This document shows positions 42,720 through 52,108 of a stretch of 64,000 nt of DNA, in pieces. Made by a program: the position numbers and the translations under genes. This DNA comes from Gemmatimonadota bacterium. Its GTDB lineage: Bacteria > Gemmatimonadota > Gemmatimonadetes > Palauibacterales > Palauibacteraceae. Positions within the stretch are counted from its first letter, which is position 1; each line of letters begins with the position of its first letter. Under the pieces are notes generated by a model. That model did not search any database and was not told the origin of the DNA. It saw only the letters and a program-made list of their open reading frames with translations. The stretch is taken from NCBI GenBank assembly GCA_965116475.1, contig OZ220691.1, positions 2,304,001 to 2,368,000 of the forward strand, written 5' to 3'.

Positions 42720-43475
42720 TCAGGCCGCGGCCAGCGCCTCCAGCGCGGCGAGTGCGGCGGCGCGGCCGCGCGCGTCCGGGAAGGGTTCGAGCGCGAGGGC
42801 GACCATGCCGGTCGCGTTCGCCACGGCGAAGCTGATCCCGTTGAGGTTCCGCTCGGGCGGGACGCTCGGGATCGGGCGCGGATAGCCGGAGGCGTAGAGC
42901 ACCCGGCGGCCGTCGCGCCGACCGATGCGGACGGCGTCCCGCGGGAGGTCCCAGTCGAGGCACACGCCGAGTGCGTCGGGGAGGCTGCCCGGGAGCCAGC
43001 GCTCCCCTTCGTGCGAATGGGCCGCGATGACGAGCGTTCCGGCGCGCGCGGCGCGTTCGACCGCGGGCTGCAGCACCTCGATGCGGCGCTGGCGGGGCGT
43101 TCCGAGGCTCAGATTGGCCAGCCGGCAGCCGCGCTCCGCGGCCCGGTCGATCGCCTTTGCCAGCGTCCGGGCGCTCGTCGCCAACTCGCCGTGAAAGACG
43201 CGGGCGACGTGAACCTGCGCGCCCGGCGCCTTCTCCTGGATGGCCGCGGTGACGGCGGTCCCGTGGCCCAGCCGGTCGGTCAGGTCGTCGTGCTCGCAGC
43301 CGTCCGGGGAGAACGCGACGCCGCCCGCCAGGAGCCCCAGGTGCGGATGGTTCGGGTGCGCCCCGCTGTCGATGACCGCGATGGAGATCCCCCGGCCGGT
43401 CCGGCGCCGGAGCGGCTCCGCGCCCATCCGCACGACCGCCGGTCCCGGGGGCGCTCCCGCCGCCGGCGCGGTCAC
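42720..43475 (-). CDS. qhpE: Short S8 protease, QhpC leader peptidase
   Basis: IAVIDSG, GHGTAV, ANLSLG and NGISFA; no signal peptide; GTGA-coupled in the qhp operon. Confidence 0.85.
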   Translation of the reverse strand: MTAPAAGAPPGPAVVRMGAEPLRRRTGRGISIAVIDSGAHPNHPHLGLLAGGVAFSPDGCEHDDLTDRLGHGTAVTAAIQEKAPGAQVHVARVFHGELATSARTLAKAIDRAAERGCRLANLSLGTPRQRRIEVLQPAVERAARAGTLVIAAHSHEGERWLPGSLPDALGVCLDWDLPRDAVRIGRRDGRRVLYASGYPRPIPSVPPERNLNGISFAVANATGMVALALEPFPDARGRAAALAALEALAAA

Positions 43476-45190
43476 CCGGCGAACAGGGCGCGGAACGCAC
43501 CCGGCCGAGCGTCGAGTTCCGCCGGACGGCCATCCTGCGCGACCCGCCCGTCGCGGAGCACGACCACGCGCTCGGCCCGGCGCGCGAGTTCGGGGCGGTG
43601 CGTGATCAGCACGGTGGTCCGTCCCCGCATCAGCGCCGCGTAGCCCTCCAGCACCTGCGCCTCCGAGGCCGGGTCCAGAGCCCCCGTCGCCTCGTCGAAC
43701 ACGAGCACGGCCGGATCGGCGAGGAAGGCGCGCGCCACCGCCACGCGCTGCCGCTCCCCGGCGGAGAGCTGCCGGCCCCGCTCGCCGACCACCGTCCCCG
43801 CCCCCTCCGGAAGCGACGCGAGCAGCCCGTCGAGCGCCGCCGCCGCGAGCGCCCCGGTCACCTCCAGGTCCGTCGCGTCCGGCCTGGCGTAGCGCACGTT
43901 CTCGGCGATCGAGGCGTGGAAGATGAACGGGTCCTGCTCCACCACGGCCACGTTCCGCCGCACGTCGGCCAGCGCGAGCCCGCGCAGGTCCCTCCCGTCG
44001 AGCAGGACCCGCCCGCCCTCCGGGTCGAGTTGGCGCGAGAGCAGGTCCGCGATCGTCGACTTCCCGCTCCCGCTCGCGCCGACGAGCGCCACCACCTGCC
44101 CGGCGGGCACCTCAAGCGATACGCCCTCCAGCACCTCCCCTCCGCGCCCGAAGCCCAGCCTGACGTCCTCCAGCACCAACGCCCCCGCAGCCCGCTCCAG
44201 CCGCTTCGCCCCATCCGTCTCCACCACCTCCAGCGGTGTGTCGAACAGTTCGTGGACGCGCACGAGCGACGCCCGCGCGCTCGCCAGGTTCGCGTACAGC
44301 CCCATCAGCGCCTGCACGGGAAAGAGGAGCCGCATCTGGTACGCCATGAAGGCGACGAACGTCCCCAGCGTCGTCGCCTCCGTGATGACCCGGTAGCCCC
44401 CGTACAGGAAGACGGCGGCGGTCCCCGTCTGCAGGAGGACCCCCGGCAGGCCTCCCGCCAGGTACGTGTAGCGGCGCATCGACAGCAGCGCCCGCACGAA
44501 CCGGTCGTTGTGGCGCCCGAACCGCGCCGCCTCCCGCTCCTGGGCGTTGGACGCCACGACCGTCCGCACCCCCTGCAGCGTCTCGATGAGAAAGCTCCCG
44601 ATGTCCGCGCTCCGCTCCCGCAGGTGCCTCACCCGCCCCTCGAGCCGGCGACGGTATCGCACCAGCGCCCAGAGGCTCGGCGGCAGCGCAACGAGCCCCG
44701 CCAGGAAGAGCCGCGCGTCGAGATAGATGAGCATCCCCACCGTCCCGATCAGGAAAAGCACGTTCCCGAACAGCCCGAGCGCCGCGTCCGCCGTCACCCG
44801 CTGGATCTCGCCGATGTCGCTGTTGATGCGCGACACGATGTCCCCGAACGGCGTCCGCGCGTAGAACCTCGGCGAGAGCCGCTGCAGGTGGCGGTAGAGC
44901 GCCAGCCGCATGTCGAACAGGATGCCCGCCGACACCCGCGTGTACCGCATCCCGCTGGCGACGTTGGCCCCGAAACCGAGGAGAGTGATTCCGATGAAGA
45001 GGCCGACGATCCTGAGCAGAAGAGGGAAGTCCCCGCCCAGGATCGCGTCGTCGATCATCGCCTTCGACAGGTAGGGAAGGGCGAGCCCGAGCGCGGTCCC
45101 GGCCGTGGAAAGGAGGACCACGGGCAGCAAAGCCCCCGCGTACGGTCGAACGTAGGCGAGGGCTCGGCGAAGGTGCGGGTCCCGGATCAC
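43472..45190 (-). CDS. qhpF: ABC exporter (TMD plus NBD) for QhpC
   Basis: Multi-TM N-terminus; GASGSGKST, LSAGERQR and VFDEAT; qhp context. Confidence 0.88.
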   Translation of the reverse strand: MIRDPHLRRALAYVRPYAGALLPVVLLSTAGTALGLALPYLSKAMIDDAILGGDFPLLLRIVGLFIGITLLGFGANVASGMRYTRVSAGILFDMRLALYRHLQRLSPRFYARTPFGDIVSRINSDIGEIQRVTADAALGLFGNVLFLIGTVGMLIYLDARLFLAGLVALPPSLWALVRYRRRLEGRVRHLRERSADIGSFLIETLQGVRTVVASNAQEREAARFGRHNDRFVRALLSMRRYTYLAGGLPGVLLQTGTAAVFLYGGYRVITEATTLGTFVAFMAYQMRLLFPVQALMGLYANLASARASLVRVHELFDTPLEVVETDGAKRLERAAGALVLEDVRLGFGRGGEVLEGVSLEVPAGQVVALVGASGSGKSTIADLLSRQLDPEGGRVLLDGRDLRGLALADVRRNVAVVEQDPFIFHASIAENVRYARPDATDLEVTGALAAAALDGLLASLPEGAGTVVGERGRQLSAGERQRVAVARAFLADPAVLVFDEATGALDPASEAQVLEGYAALMRGRTTVLITHRPELARRAERVVVLRDGRVAQDGRPAELDARPGAFRALFAG

Positions 45191-45207
45191 CCGGACCTCA
45201 CGGGCTG

Positions 45208-46344
45208 CTAGGGATCGGGCACCACGACGACGCTCGTCATGTCCGCGTCCAGCGTGACCGTCCGCAGGAATTCGAACGTCTCCTCGTCGTAGATGTCGAT
45301 CGTGCTGCCGGCATTGTAGATGTAGAGCTTCGTGCCGTCGGCGCTCGGCATCAGCGCCATCCGCGGCCGCCCCTCGAAGGTGACGCGCCCGGCGACCCGC
45401 CGGCCCTCGAGGTCGAACTTCCACATTTCATAGTGCCCGATCTCGGACTTGAGCCCGTATCCCTTCGTCCCGTCCGGCGAGAGCACGAACGAGACGCCTT
45501 CGCTGGGACCGATGGGGTGGAACTCCACGTCTTGCGCCGCCAGGTCCACGGTCGCGATGCCCATGAGGCGGCGGTTCTGGAGCGGATCCGTCATGCGGAA
45601 GAGACCCGTGTAGACGCCGTCCTCCTCCTGGTAGGGACTCTGGCCGAAGGGAAGCCTCATCTCGCCCAGCCCCGGCTCCAGCGGTTCCGAGATATCCCAG
45701 CGGTCCACCTCCTCGAACGTCTCGGAGTCGAGCGCGATGAGATCGTCCGTGAACATGTACAGAAGATCGCCGTCGGGAGAGAAGCGGAAGTTGGCGGAGC
45801 GGCGCGACTCGTCGTCCGGCCACGGGATGGTGTCGGTCACCTCGTAGGTCGTGAGATCGAAGCGCAGGATGGTCGGCTCGTCGATCCGGTACCGGTCGGC
45901 GAGCTTCGTGCGGCTCTGCACGAACATCGCCATCCAGTCCTGGCTCGGGTGGATCTGGAAGGAGCGGATCCACGTCCGGGTCGAACCCTCGCTCAGCGTG
46001 AACTCCCCGATCGACTCCTTGGAGGGGAGGGCGATGATCTCGATCGTCTCGAAGAAGGGGTCCATCACGTAGAGCCGCGACCGGTCCTCGGAGACGTCGA
46101 GGCGGAGGGAGATCGGACGCTTGACCGGGATCCGGTCCACGATTTCCTCCGTGGCCTCATCCCAGACGAGGACTTCATTGCTGTAGTTGCCCATGTACCA
46201 GTGGGCGTTGCGGCCGTTCCCCGGCGCGCCGCCGTTCTCCTGCGCCTCCAGCCCCGGCGCCGAGTCCGCGCCGAGTCCGCAGGCGATGGCGGCGGCTGCG
46301 GCGAGACCGGCCGCGCGTGTCCGGACCCCTCCCGGGCGGATCAC
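45208..46344 (-). CDS. qhpB: Quinohemoprotein amine dehydrogenase beta subunit (beta-propeller)
   Basis: GTG start overlaps the qhpC stop; signal peptide; FSPDG, LSPDG and SADGTKLYIY repeats; position directly after qhpC. Confidence 0.8.
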   Translation of the reverse strand: MIRPGGVRTRAAGLAAAAAIACGLGADSAPGLEAQENGGAPGNGRNAHWYMGNYSNEVLVWDEATEEIVDRIPVKRPISLRLDVSEDRSRLYVMDPFFETIEIIALPSKESIGEFTLSEGSTRTWIRSFQIHPSQDWMAMFVQSRTKLADRYRIDEPTILRFDLTTYEVTDTIPWPDDESRRSANFRFSPDGDLLYMFTDDLIALDSETFEEVDRWDISEPLEPGLGEMRLPFGQSPYQEEDGVYTGLFRMTDPLQNRRLMGIATVDLAAQDVEFHPIGPSEGVSFVLSPDGTKGYGLKSEIGHYEMWKFDLEGRRVAGRVTFEGRPRMALMPSADGTKLYIYNAGSTIDIYDEETFEFLRTVTLDADMTSVVVVPDP

Positions 46345-46697
46345 GGGAAGACGAGGTCCAGCTTCCGCCAGTCCTTCTGCGCCGACGCGCACTGCGACGT
46401 CCAGTCCGGCGAGTGGTTGAGCTGGTCGGGCACGTGCGCCGGCCAGAAGCAGGCGAGGTGGCAGTCGAACAGGTCCCGTTCCACGGGCTGGCACAGCCCG
46501 GCGGTGCCGCCGGTCGAATCCACCTCCCAGCCGGGCGAGAACACGAGCGAGCAGCCCAGCGGAATGTGGGGCCCCTCCGGCCGGCTCTCGAGCCCCACGA
46601 CGTCCATCTCCTCGTCCTTCGCCCGGTCCATCGCCTCGCGGGCCACCTGGGCCTCGATGCGGCCGGCCTTCTGGTTGATCGGTTTCAGGTGCTTCAC
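46341..46697 (-). CDS. qhpC: Quinohemoprotein amine dehydrogenase gamma subunit precursor (CTQ-bearing)
   Basis: Leader MKHLKPINQKA; core GC...PGWEVD...LCQP.E.DL..C...C.WPA.V.D.LN..P.W...DWRKL..VFP. Confidence 0.95.
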   Translation of the reverse strand: MKHLKPINQKAGRIEAQVAREAMDRAKDEEMDVVGLESRPEGPHIPLGCSLVFSPGWEVDSTGGTAGLCQPVERDLFDCHLACFWPAHVPDQLNHSPDWTSQCASAQKDWRKLDLVFP

Positions 46698-46709
46698 GGC
46701 TCCCCCTCG

Positions 46710-48149
46710 TCAGTGCCCGAAGCGCGACAGGTACTCCGGGTTCCGCTCGGACAACTCTCCGTAGATCTCCAGACACGTGTGCGTCCACGTCCGGACCCAG
46801 GTGCAGAAGTGCAGGTTGGGCGCGGTCGTCTCGCCTGTCCGCGTGTGCGCCTCGTGGTAGCAGCCGCCCGAGCAGATCGGACGGGCCCAGCAGGTATGGC
46901 AGTCCGTCTTCTTGCTGATGTGGTGATCCTCGAGGAAGTCCTTCTGCCGCTCGCGGTCGATCCCCTCGGCGACCGTCCCGAAGCTGTGGTCGTTCGAGTA
47001 GGCGAAGCGGTGGCAGAGCGACACGTCGCCCCCCGTCGTCACGCCCATCAGCCCGAGCCCGGCCCCGCACGGATATGCCTTGCTCACGCCCTTGTGGATC
47101 TCCTCCAGCGTATCCTTCACGTTCGAGAAGCCGTGGTGCCGGTTCTCCACCGCGTGGTCCAGCCAGTCGCGCGCCAACTCTCCGAACTGGCGCAGCATGC
47201 GGTCGTATCCCTCGTCCTCGATCTCGTAGTCGCGCCCGGAGGAGGTCGTGACCGGGGCGAAGCCCACCTCCCAGAACCCCATTTCCTCCGTCAGGTGACG
47301 GTAGATGCGGTGGATGTCGAGGTTCTCGCGCGTGAGCGTGACGCGCGCGCCGATCGGCCGGGACTTGTGCCGCTTGAGCAGTTCCTTGATCCGGGGTTTG
47401 ACCGTCTCGTAGGAGCCCTTGCCGCTGTGGAAGACCCGCATGCGGTCCTGCATCTCCTTCGGGCCGTCGATGGAGACGGTCACGCCGATCTCGTTGTCCG
47501 CCAGCCACTCGATGATGTCGGGGCGGAGGAGCGTCGCGTTCGTCGTGAGGCTGAACTCGATCCGCTTCCCGTCCTCCTGGGCGCGGCGGCGGGCGTAGGC
47601 CACCGTGTCCTGGAGCACGGGGAAGTTGAGCAGCGTCTCCCCTCCGAAGAAGGTGAGGTGCGCGACCTCGATGGGGCCGGACTCCTTGAGGAGGAACTCC
47701 ACGCTTTCCCGCGCGGTCTCGTCCCCCATGAACTTCGGGTCGTCCGTGCACGTGGTGTCGACGATCTTGTCTTCGCCGTACTCGTAGCAGTACGTGCAGG
47801 CGAGATTGCACTTGTTCGTGACGTTGAGGACCATCGTCGTGAGCGGGAAGCCGTCGGGCGGCAGGTCGTTCACGACCTGTTCGGCGGGAGCCCCCGCCTC
47901 CCCGATGGCGCGAATCTGCTGAAGTTCGAGCAACCCATCGTGTACGCGGTCGACGGGATACCGGTCGGAGAGCGAGTTCACGACCTCGCCCGGCGCGCGG
48001 GGGCCGTAGCTCAGCAGGTCGAGGATCGCGGAGGACGCCGCATCGATCCGGAAGATGCCGGCCGAGGGCACGAGGTAGAGAAACCGCTCGCCTGCCGCCT
48101 CGAAGGCGTGGAATTCGCGCAGCGCCAGTTGGCCGATCGGTTTGATCAC
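46710..48149 (-). CDS. qhpD: Radical SAM/SPASM thioether maturase
   Basis: CNLACTYC, FFGGE, TTNAT and VSIDG; SPASM cysteines CGAG, CHRF and CHTCWARPICSGGCYHE; GTGA overlap with qhpA. Confidence 0.95.
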   Translation of the reverse strand: MIKPIGQLALREFHAFEAAGERFLYLVPSAGIFRIDAASSAILDLLSYGPRAPGEVVNSLSDRYPVDRVHDGLLELQQIRAIGEAGAPAEQVVNDLPPDGFPLTTMVLNVTNKCNLACTYCYEYGEDKIVDTTCTDDPKFMGDETARESVEFLLKESGPIEVAHLTFFGGETLLNFPVLQDTVAYARRRAQEDGKRIEFSLTTNATLLRPDIIEWLADNEIGVTVSIDGPKEMQDRMRVFHSGKGSYETVKPRIKELLKRHKSRPIGARVTLTRENLDIHRIYRHLTEEMGFWEVGFAPVTTSSGRDYEIEDEGYDRMLRQFGELARDWLDHAVENRHHGFSNVKDTLEEIHKGVSKAYPCGAGLGLMGVTTGGDVSLCHRFAYSNDHSFGTVAEGIDRERQKDFLEDHHISKKTDCHTCWARPICSGGCYHEAHTRTGETTAPNLHFCTWVRTWTHTCLEIYGELSERNPEYLSRFGH

Positions 48150-49876
48150 GGCACCAGCCTCCCTGCCGGAACGCCCTGCCACGGGTCGAACTTGAGATAC
48201 AGCGGTACCGTGACGATGAGGTGGGCGCGGGCGCGGAGGCTCTCGCCGCCGGCCGGATCCGCGCCCGAATCCGCGTAGGTCGCGACGACCCACACGTCGC
48301 CGATGTTGTTCCGGTTGCCCTTGCGGCCGGGGTTCGGACCGTCGATTGCCGGAGTGAAGATGCCGTCCGACCCCAGCGCGCCGACGTACTGGATGTCGTC
48401 GTCATCGAAGGTGGCCGTGTACTCCTCCATGCTCCAGCTCACGGGCACGCGCCCGAGTCGCAGGTCGTCCTCCGTGTTCGGCTCGCCGTCGGGGCCGTCG
48501 TCCCACCCGATGGCGTCGTAGGGCTGATGGCCTTTCGGGAAGGCGGCTCCGCCGATCCGGGCCATCCCGGCGCGCGGCGTCACTTCGAGGCGGTCCACGC
48601 CGTCATGGACCTGAATCGCGTCCGCCAGGCTCACGCCGCCCAGGAAGAGGTCGCGCCCGCCGACGGCCGCATCGTCATCGACGGAGAGGCGAAGCGTGAC
48701 CTGGCTCCCGTCGCCACCCGTCGCGGACTCGACCCGGACGCCGGGCCCGAAGTCGAAGTCGGTCGCGTCGGGACTCGCCGGGAGATCGACGCCGTGAACC
48801 CGGAGTTCGGTCGACGACGCGCCGGAGCGGATCGCCGGGGGATGCACGCCCGATACGACGGGGCCGCCGCTCGCGCGGGTCAGCGTCACGTCGGGGCCGA
48901 ACTCATCGTACGCGCCCGTGAACCAGCGGCCCGTCATCCGCTGCCATCCGCGGTCCACCGTCATGACCTCCCGCAACTCGTCCGCGCCGCCGGGATTCGA
49001 CCGTCCCCGCCACTGATAGCCGGTATAGACGATGGCCTGTCCGCTCCGACTCACCTCCCGCCCCGACTCCGCGTACGTGTACGAGGCGCGGGAGCGGAAC
49101 TCGTCGGGCGCGTCGCCGGCGGAGATCTCCACCGTGCCGAAGATCCGGCCCTTCCCGGGCTCGAACCCCGCCAGCGCCCAGGTGCCCGCGAGCCGCGGCG
49201 TGCGCATCGAGGCCGACCAGGCGGACCATTCCGGCGTCTCGAGGGGGAAGGCCTCGGAGAGGTGCTCGATCGCCTCGTCCACCGGCTGAGGTCCGTCGCC
49301 TCCGCCCTGGAACCCCTGGAAATCGACGAGCGGGTACAGGCCGCGGTGCGTCGCCATGAGGAGTTCCCACTCCTCGCGCGTGCGCCGCTGTGTGATGACG
49401 CGGCCCATGCTGTGGCACTGAATACAGGTGTTTTCGACGTCGCGGTCCGCCTCGTAGACGTGCTCGATGAGGCGGCGTTCGACCTCGAAGCGCCCGGGTT
49501 CGAGTTCCTCCGGCGCGAGGCCCTGCCGGTTGGAGAGATAGCGCACGACCTCGCGCGCCTCGTCGGGGCCGAGGGAGACGTCGTTGAGCGCCACCATGCG
49601 GCGGACCGACGTCTGCCACCCCTCCGGCGTCTTCCGCTCGTAGGAGATCCGCGTCATCCGTCCTTCTTCATCGCGCTCGTGGCAGCGCTGACAGCGGCGG
49701 ATGATGATCTCGTGGTCGATCGGATAGCCCTCGTCGTCGGCTGCCGCGTGGACGGGAGCGGCGCTCGCGGGCATGCCCGGGACCGAAGGCATCGCGCGGG
49801 CGGCGATGAGGGCCGCGGCGACGACGACCAGGCCGGCCGCCGCCAACGCGTTCTTTCGGGACGCTGCGTGATTCAT
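48146..49876 (-). CDS. qhpA: Quinohemoprotein amine dehydrogenase alpha subunit (diheme)
   Basis: Signal peptide; CQRCH and CIQCH; RKTPEGW, QRRT.EEW, ARIGG, GPDGEPNTEDD, GPNP.R and HLIVTV. Confidence 0.95.
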   Translation of the reverse strand: MNHAASRKNALAAAGLVVVAAALIAARAMPSVPGMPASAAPVHAAADDEGYPIDHEIIIRRCQRCHERDEEGRMTRISYERKTPEGWQTSVRRMVALNDVSLGPDEAREVVRYLSNRQGLAPEELEPGRFEVERRLIEHVYEADRDVENTCIQCHSMGRVITQRRTREEWELLMATHRGLYPLVDFQGFQGGGDGPQPVDEAIEHLSEAFPLETPEWSAWSASMRTPRLAGTWALAGFEPGKGRIFGTVEISAGDAPDEFRSRASYTYAESGREVSRSGQAIVYTGYQWRGRSNPGGADELREVMTVDRGWQRMTGRWFTGAYDEFGPDVTLTRASGGPVVSGVHPPAIRSGASSTELRVHGVDLPASPDATDFDFGPGVRVESATGGDGSQVTLRLSVDDDAAVGGRDLFLGGVSLADAIQVHDGVDRLEVTPRAGMARIGGAAFPKGHQPYDAIGWDDGPDGEPNTEDDLRLGRVPVSWSMEEYTATFDDDDIQYVGALGSDGIFTPAIDGPNPGRKGNRNNIGDVWVVATYADSGADPAGGESLRARAHLIVTVPLYLKFDPWQGVPAGRLVP

Positions 49877-50133
49877 CCGTCCTCCCGTTCGGAACCGGTC
49901 AATTGTGCGCCGCCTCCGGCACATGCGCCAGTCGTGACCGCCGTTCTCGCCCCCAAACGCCCCGCTCCCGAACCCCCCATGAAGGAAAGTGGGGGGGTAG
50001 CGGTAGCCGCCGCAGTTCCAAGGCCAGAGTTTGCGCAAGGCGTTGCCAGGATCGCGGTAGACAAAAAAAATGAATCGAGGCTTTTTCGTGGGACTGGCAG
50101 AGGGAGGATCGCGGGAGGAGAGGGAAACCGAGG

Positions 50134-50598
50134 ATGACCGAAGGCCAGTATCAGCATCTCCTGAGCATCATCCAGGATAACAATACCAAGCTCGACGGCA
50201 TCGCGGGGAAACTCCGGGAGCACGATGGGCAGCTCGACGGCATCGCAGGGAAACTCCGGGAGCACGATGGGCAGCTCGACGGCATCGCGGGAAAACTCCA
50301 GGAGCACGATGGGCAATTTCACCGCATCGAGGAGAAACTCCAGAAGCACGATGGGCATTTCCACCGCATCGAGGAGGAACTCCAGAAGCACGATGGGTAT
50401 TTCGACCTCATGGCGGGCAAACTTCAGGAGCACGACGGGCGATTCAACGGGCTGGACGAGGTTCTTGATCTCGTTCTTCAGAAGGTCGGCGACGTCGACA
50501 CGAGACTGGGCGGCTTTATTGATCTGATGAAGGCGAGCCCGCTGTGGCGGATGGTGGAGGCTGTGGAGGAAGGTCCAGGAAGCCGGCTCCGACGGTGA
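50134..50598 (+). CDS. Coiled-coil protein built from 14-aa tandem repeats
   Basis: Purine-rich region upstream of the ATG; (L/F)xxIxxKLxEHDGx x6; 83-bp convergent overlap with the qhpG 3' end. Confidence 0.7.
   Translation: MTEGQYQHLLSIIQDNNTKLDGIAGKLREHDGQLDGIAGKLREHDGQLDGIAGKLQEHDGQFHRIEEKLQKHDGHFHRIEEELQKHDGYFDLMAGKLQEHDGRFNGLDEVLDLVLQKVGDVDTRLGGFIDLMKASPLWRMVEAVEEGPGSRLRR
50191..50442 (+). repeat. Six 42-bp tandem repeats
   Basis: Units start at 50191, 50233, 50275, 50317, 50359 and 50401; units 1-3 are nearly identical, 4-5 form a second subtype and 6 is more diverged. Confidence 0.92.
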
Positions 50599-52108
50599 GG
50601 GCGAGGGCGGCGAGGAAGTCGGGGAGCGGCGCCGGGTCGGCGCGCCGGTTGTAGGCCTCGTAGATGTCGGGGACCTGGTCGAGCGCCGGCGCCACTTCCA
50701 CGAGCTGCCGGAGATCGACGTTGCGCACGTAGCGCGCGCCGCCCGGCAGCCGCTCCGAGACGAGGTGGGGTTCGAGGGCGATCCGGTTCCCGGCCACGGC
50801 GGGGGCGGAGACGATTTCGAGTCCAGCGGCCGGGCGGAGGTGCACGGAGGGGAGCGCGCGGATGGTCTCGTACGCCGCCCGCACCTCCGTGCTTCCGAGG
50901 AACGCCTCGGCTTTGTCTTCCGCGAGCGAGCGCTCGCCCGGCTCCGGCATCCCGGACGCTCCGGCCGCCGCCGCGGGTTCCCGGAGGCCACCCCCCGCCG
51001 CGCGCGCGGCGTCGAGCCGGGCGTCCCAGAAGGGATGGTCGTTCGCGGCGGCGGCCTGCTCCAGGAAGGGAACGGACAGCGCCCGGTACGTGCGGTACAC
51101 CTCGCGTTCCCGGTCGTCGTACAGCTCGCAGGCCGGGCCGGCCATCGCGTCGTCCTCCAGCGCCGTATGCGTCACGATCGCGGCGAGCCAGGCGGAGGCG
51201 AGCGCCTTCTTGACGCCGTACGAGGAGAGGGGGTCGATGAAGGAGCCGGCGTCGCCGACGAGGAGCAGGCCCGGCCGGCCATGCGAGGTTGCGCCGTAGA
51301 GCGACGCGGGACATGCCCGCACGGGCCCGTCCAGCCGGCCTCCTTCGAGGCGCCGGCCGAGCCGCGCCGCCTTGGCCAGCTCGGCGCGCCACATGCCGTC
51401 GAGGCCCCGCTTGCGCGCCAGATCCGTGCGGCGCGGGTCGACCATCGCCGTGACGCAGCGGGTACGCGGCGAGGTCGGCACCGACCAGGCCCACCCGTCC
51501 CGGTAGCTCTCGATCAGCGTACAGCCGGGGTCCGGTGGGGCGTGGCCGCGGTCCGCGGTCCAACGGCCGACGAGCGCGAGCGTGGCGATGCCGCGTTCGC
51601 GCGTCCGGAGCCCGCGCCGGGCGAGCACCCCGGCCCGCCCGGAGGCGTCGAGTACCCAGCGGCCCCGGTAGCGCGCGGCTGAGGTGGCCACGCGCCAGCC
51701 CTCGGGCTCAACGGCCGTCTCGACCACCGGCCCGTCCGTCACCAGCCGCGCGCCCGCCTCGCGGGCCACTCCATGAAAGGCGGTCTCCAGCGCCGCCCGC
51801 TCCGCATGGAAACCACGTTCAGGCTCCCCGAACCGTTCTTCGCGGCGGGGCATCCCGGCCCACCACACGGTGTTGCCCTCGTTCGGCACGAAGCCCGCCG
51901 CGTCCAGTACGTCCAGCGCGCCCACGCGTTCGAGGAGTTTCCGCGCCGAGCCGGGGATCGACTCGGCGAGCCACTTCGCCGGCGGCGCGGGCCGCGTGAT
52001 CAGCGCGACATCGTGCCCGCGCCGCGCCAGCGACGCCGCGGCGGCGCAGCCGGCCGGCCCGCCGCCGACGATCAGGGCATCGTAGACGTGTCGGTCGGGC
52101 CCGCTCAG
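50516..52108 (-). CDS. qhpG: FAD-dependent monooxygenase for tryptophylquinone biogenesis
   Basis: GGGPAG, DASGR, GWAW and VGDAGSFIDPLSSYGV; upstream of qhpA; start uncertain, CTG at 52108 is the best candidate. Confidence 0.82.
   Translation of the reverse strand: MSGPDRHVYDALIVGGGPAGCAAAASLARRGHDVALITRPAPPAKWLAESIPGSARKLLERVGALDVLDAAGFVPNEGNTVWWAGMPRREERFGEPERGFHAERAALETAFHGVAREAGARLVTDGPVVETAVEPEGWRVATSAARYRGRWVLDASGRAGVLARRGLRTRERGIATLALVGRWTADRGHAPPDPGCTLIESYRDGWAWSVPTSPRTRCVTAMVDPRRTDLARKRGLDGMWRAELAKAARLGRRLEGGRLDGPVRACPASLYGATSHGRPGLLLVGDAGSFIDPLSSYGVKKALASAWLAAIVTHTALEDDAMAGPACELYDDREREVYRTYRALSVPFLEQAAAANDHPFWDARLDAARAAGGGLREPAAAAGASGMPEPGERSLAEDKAEAFLGSTEVRAAYETIRALPSVHLRPAAGLEIVSAPAVAGNRIALEPHLVSERLPGGARYVRNVDLRQLVEVAPALDQVPDIYEAYNRRADPAPLPDFLAALALTVGAGFLDLPPQPPPSATAGSPSSDQ

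Noticed and set aside
50035..50048. Sigma54 promoter for qhpA (TGGCAACGCCTTGC on the minus strand)
   Set aside because: The GG-to-GC spacing is 9 nt rather than the required 10.
50191..50442. 42-bp repeats as a CRISPR array
   Set aside because: The units are contiguous with no unique spacers, keep the reading frame, and no cas genes are present.
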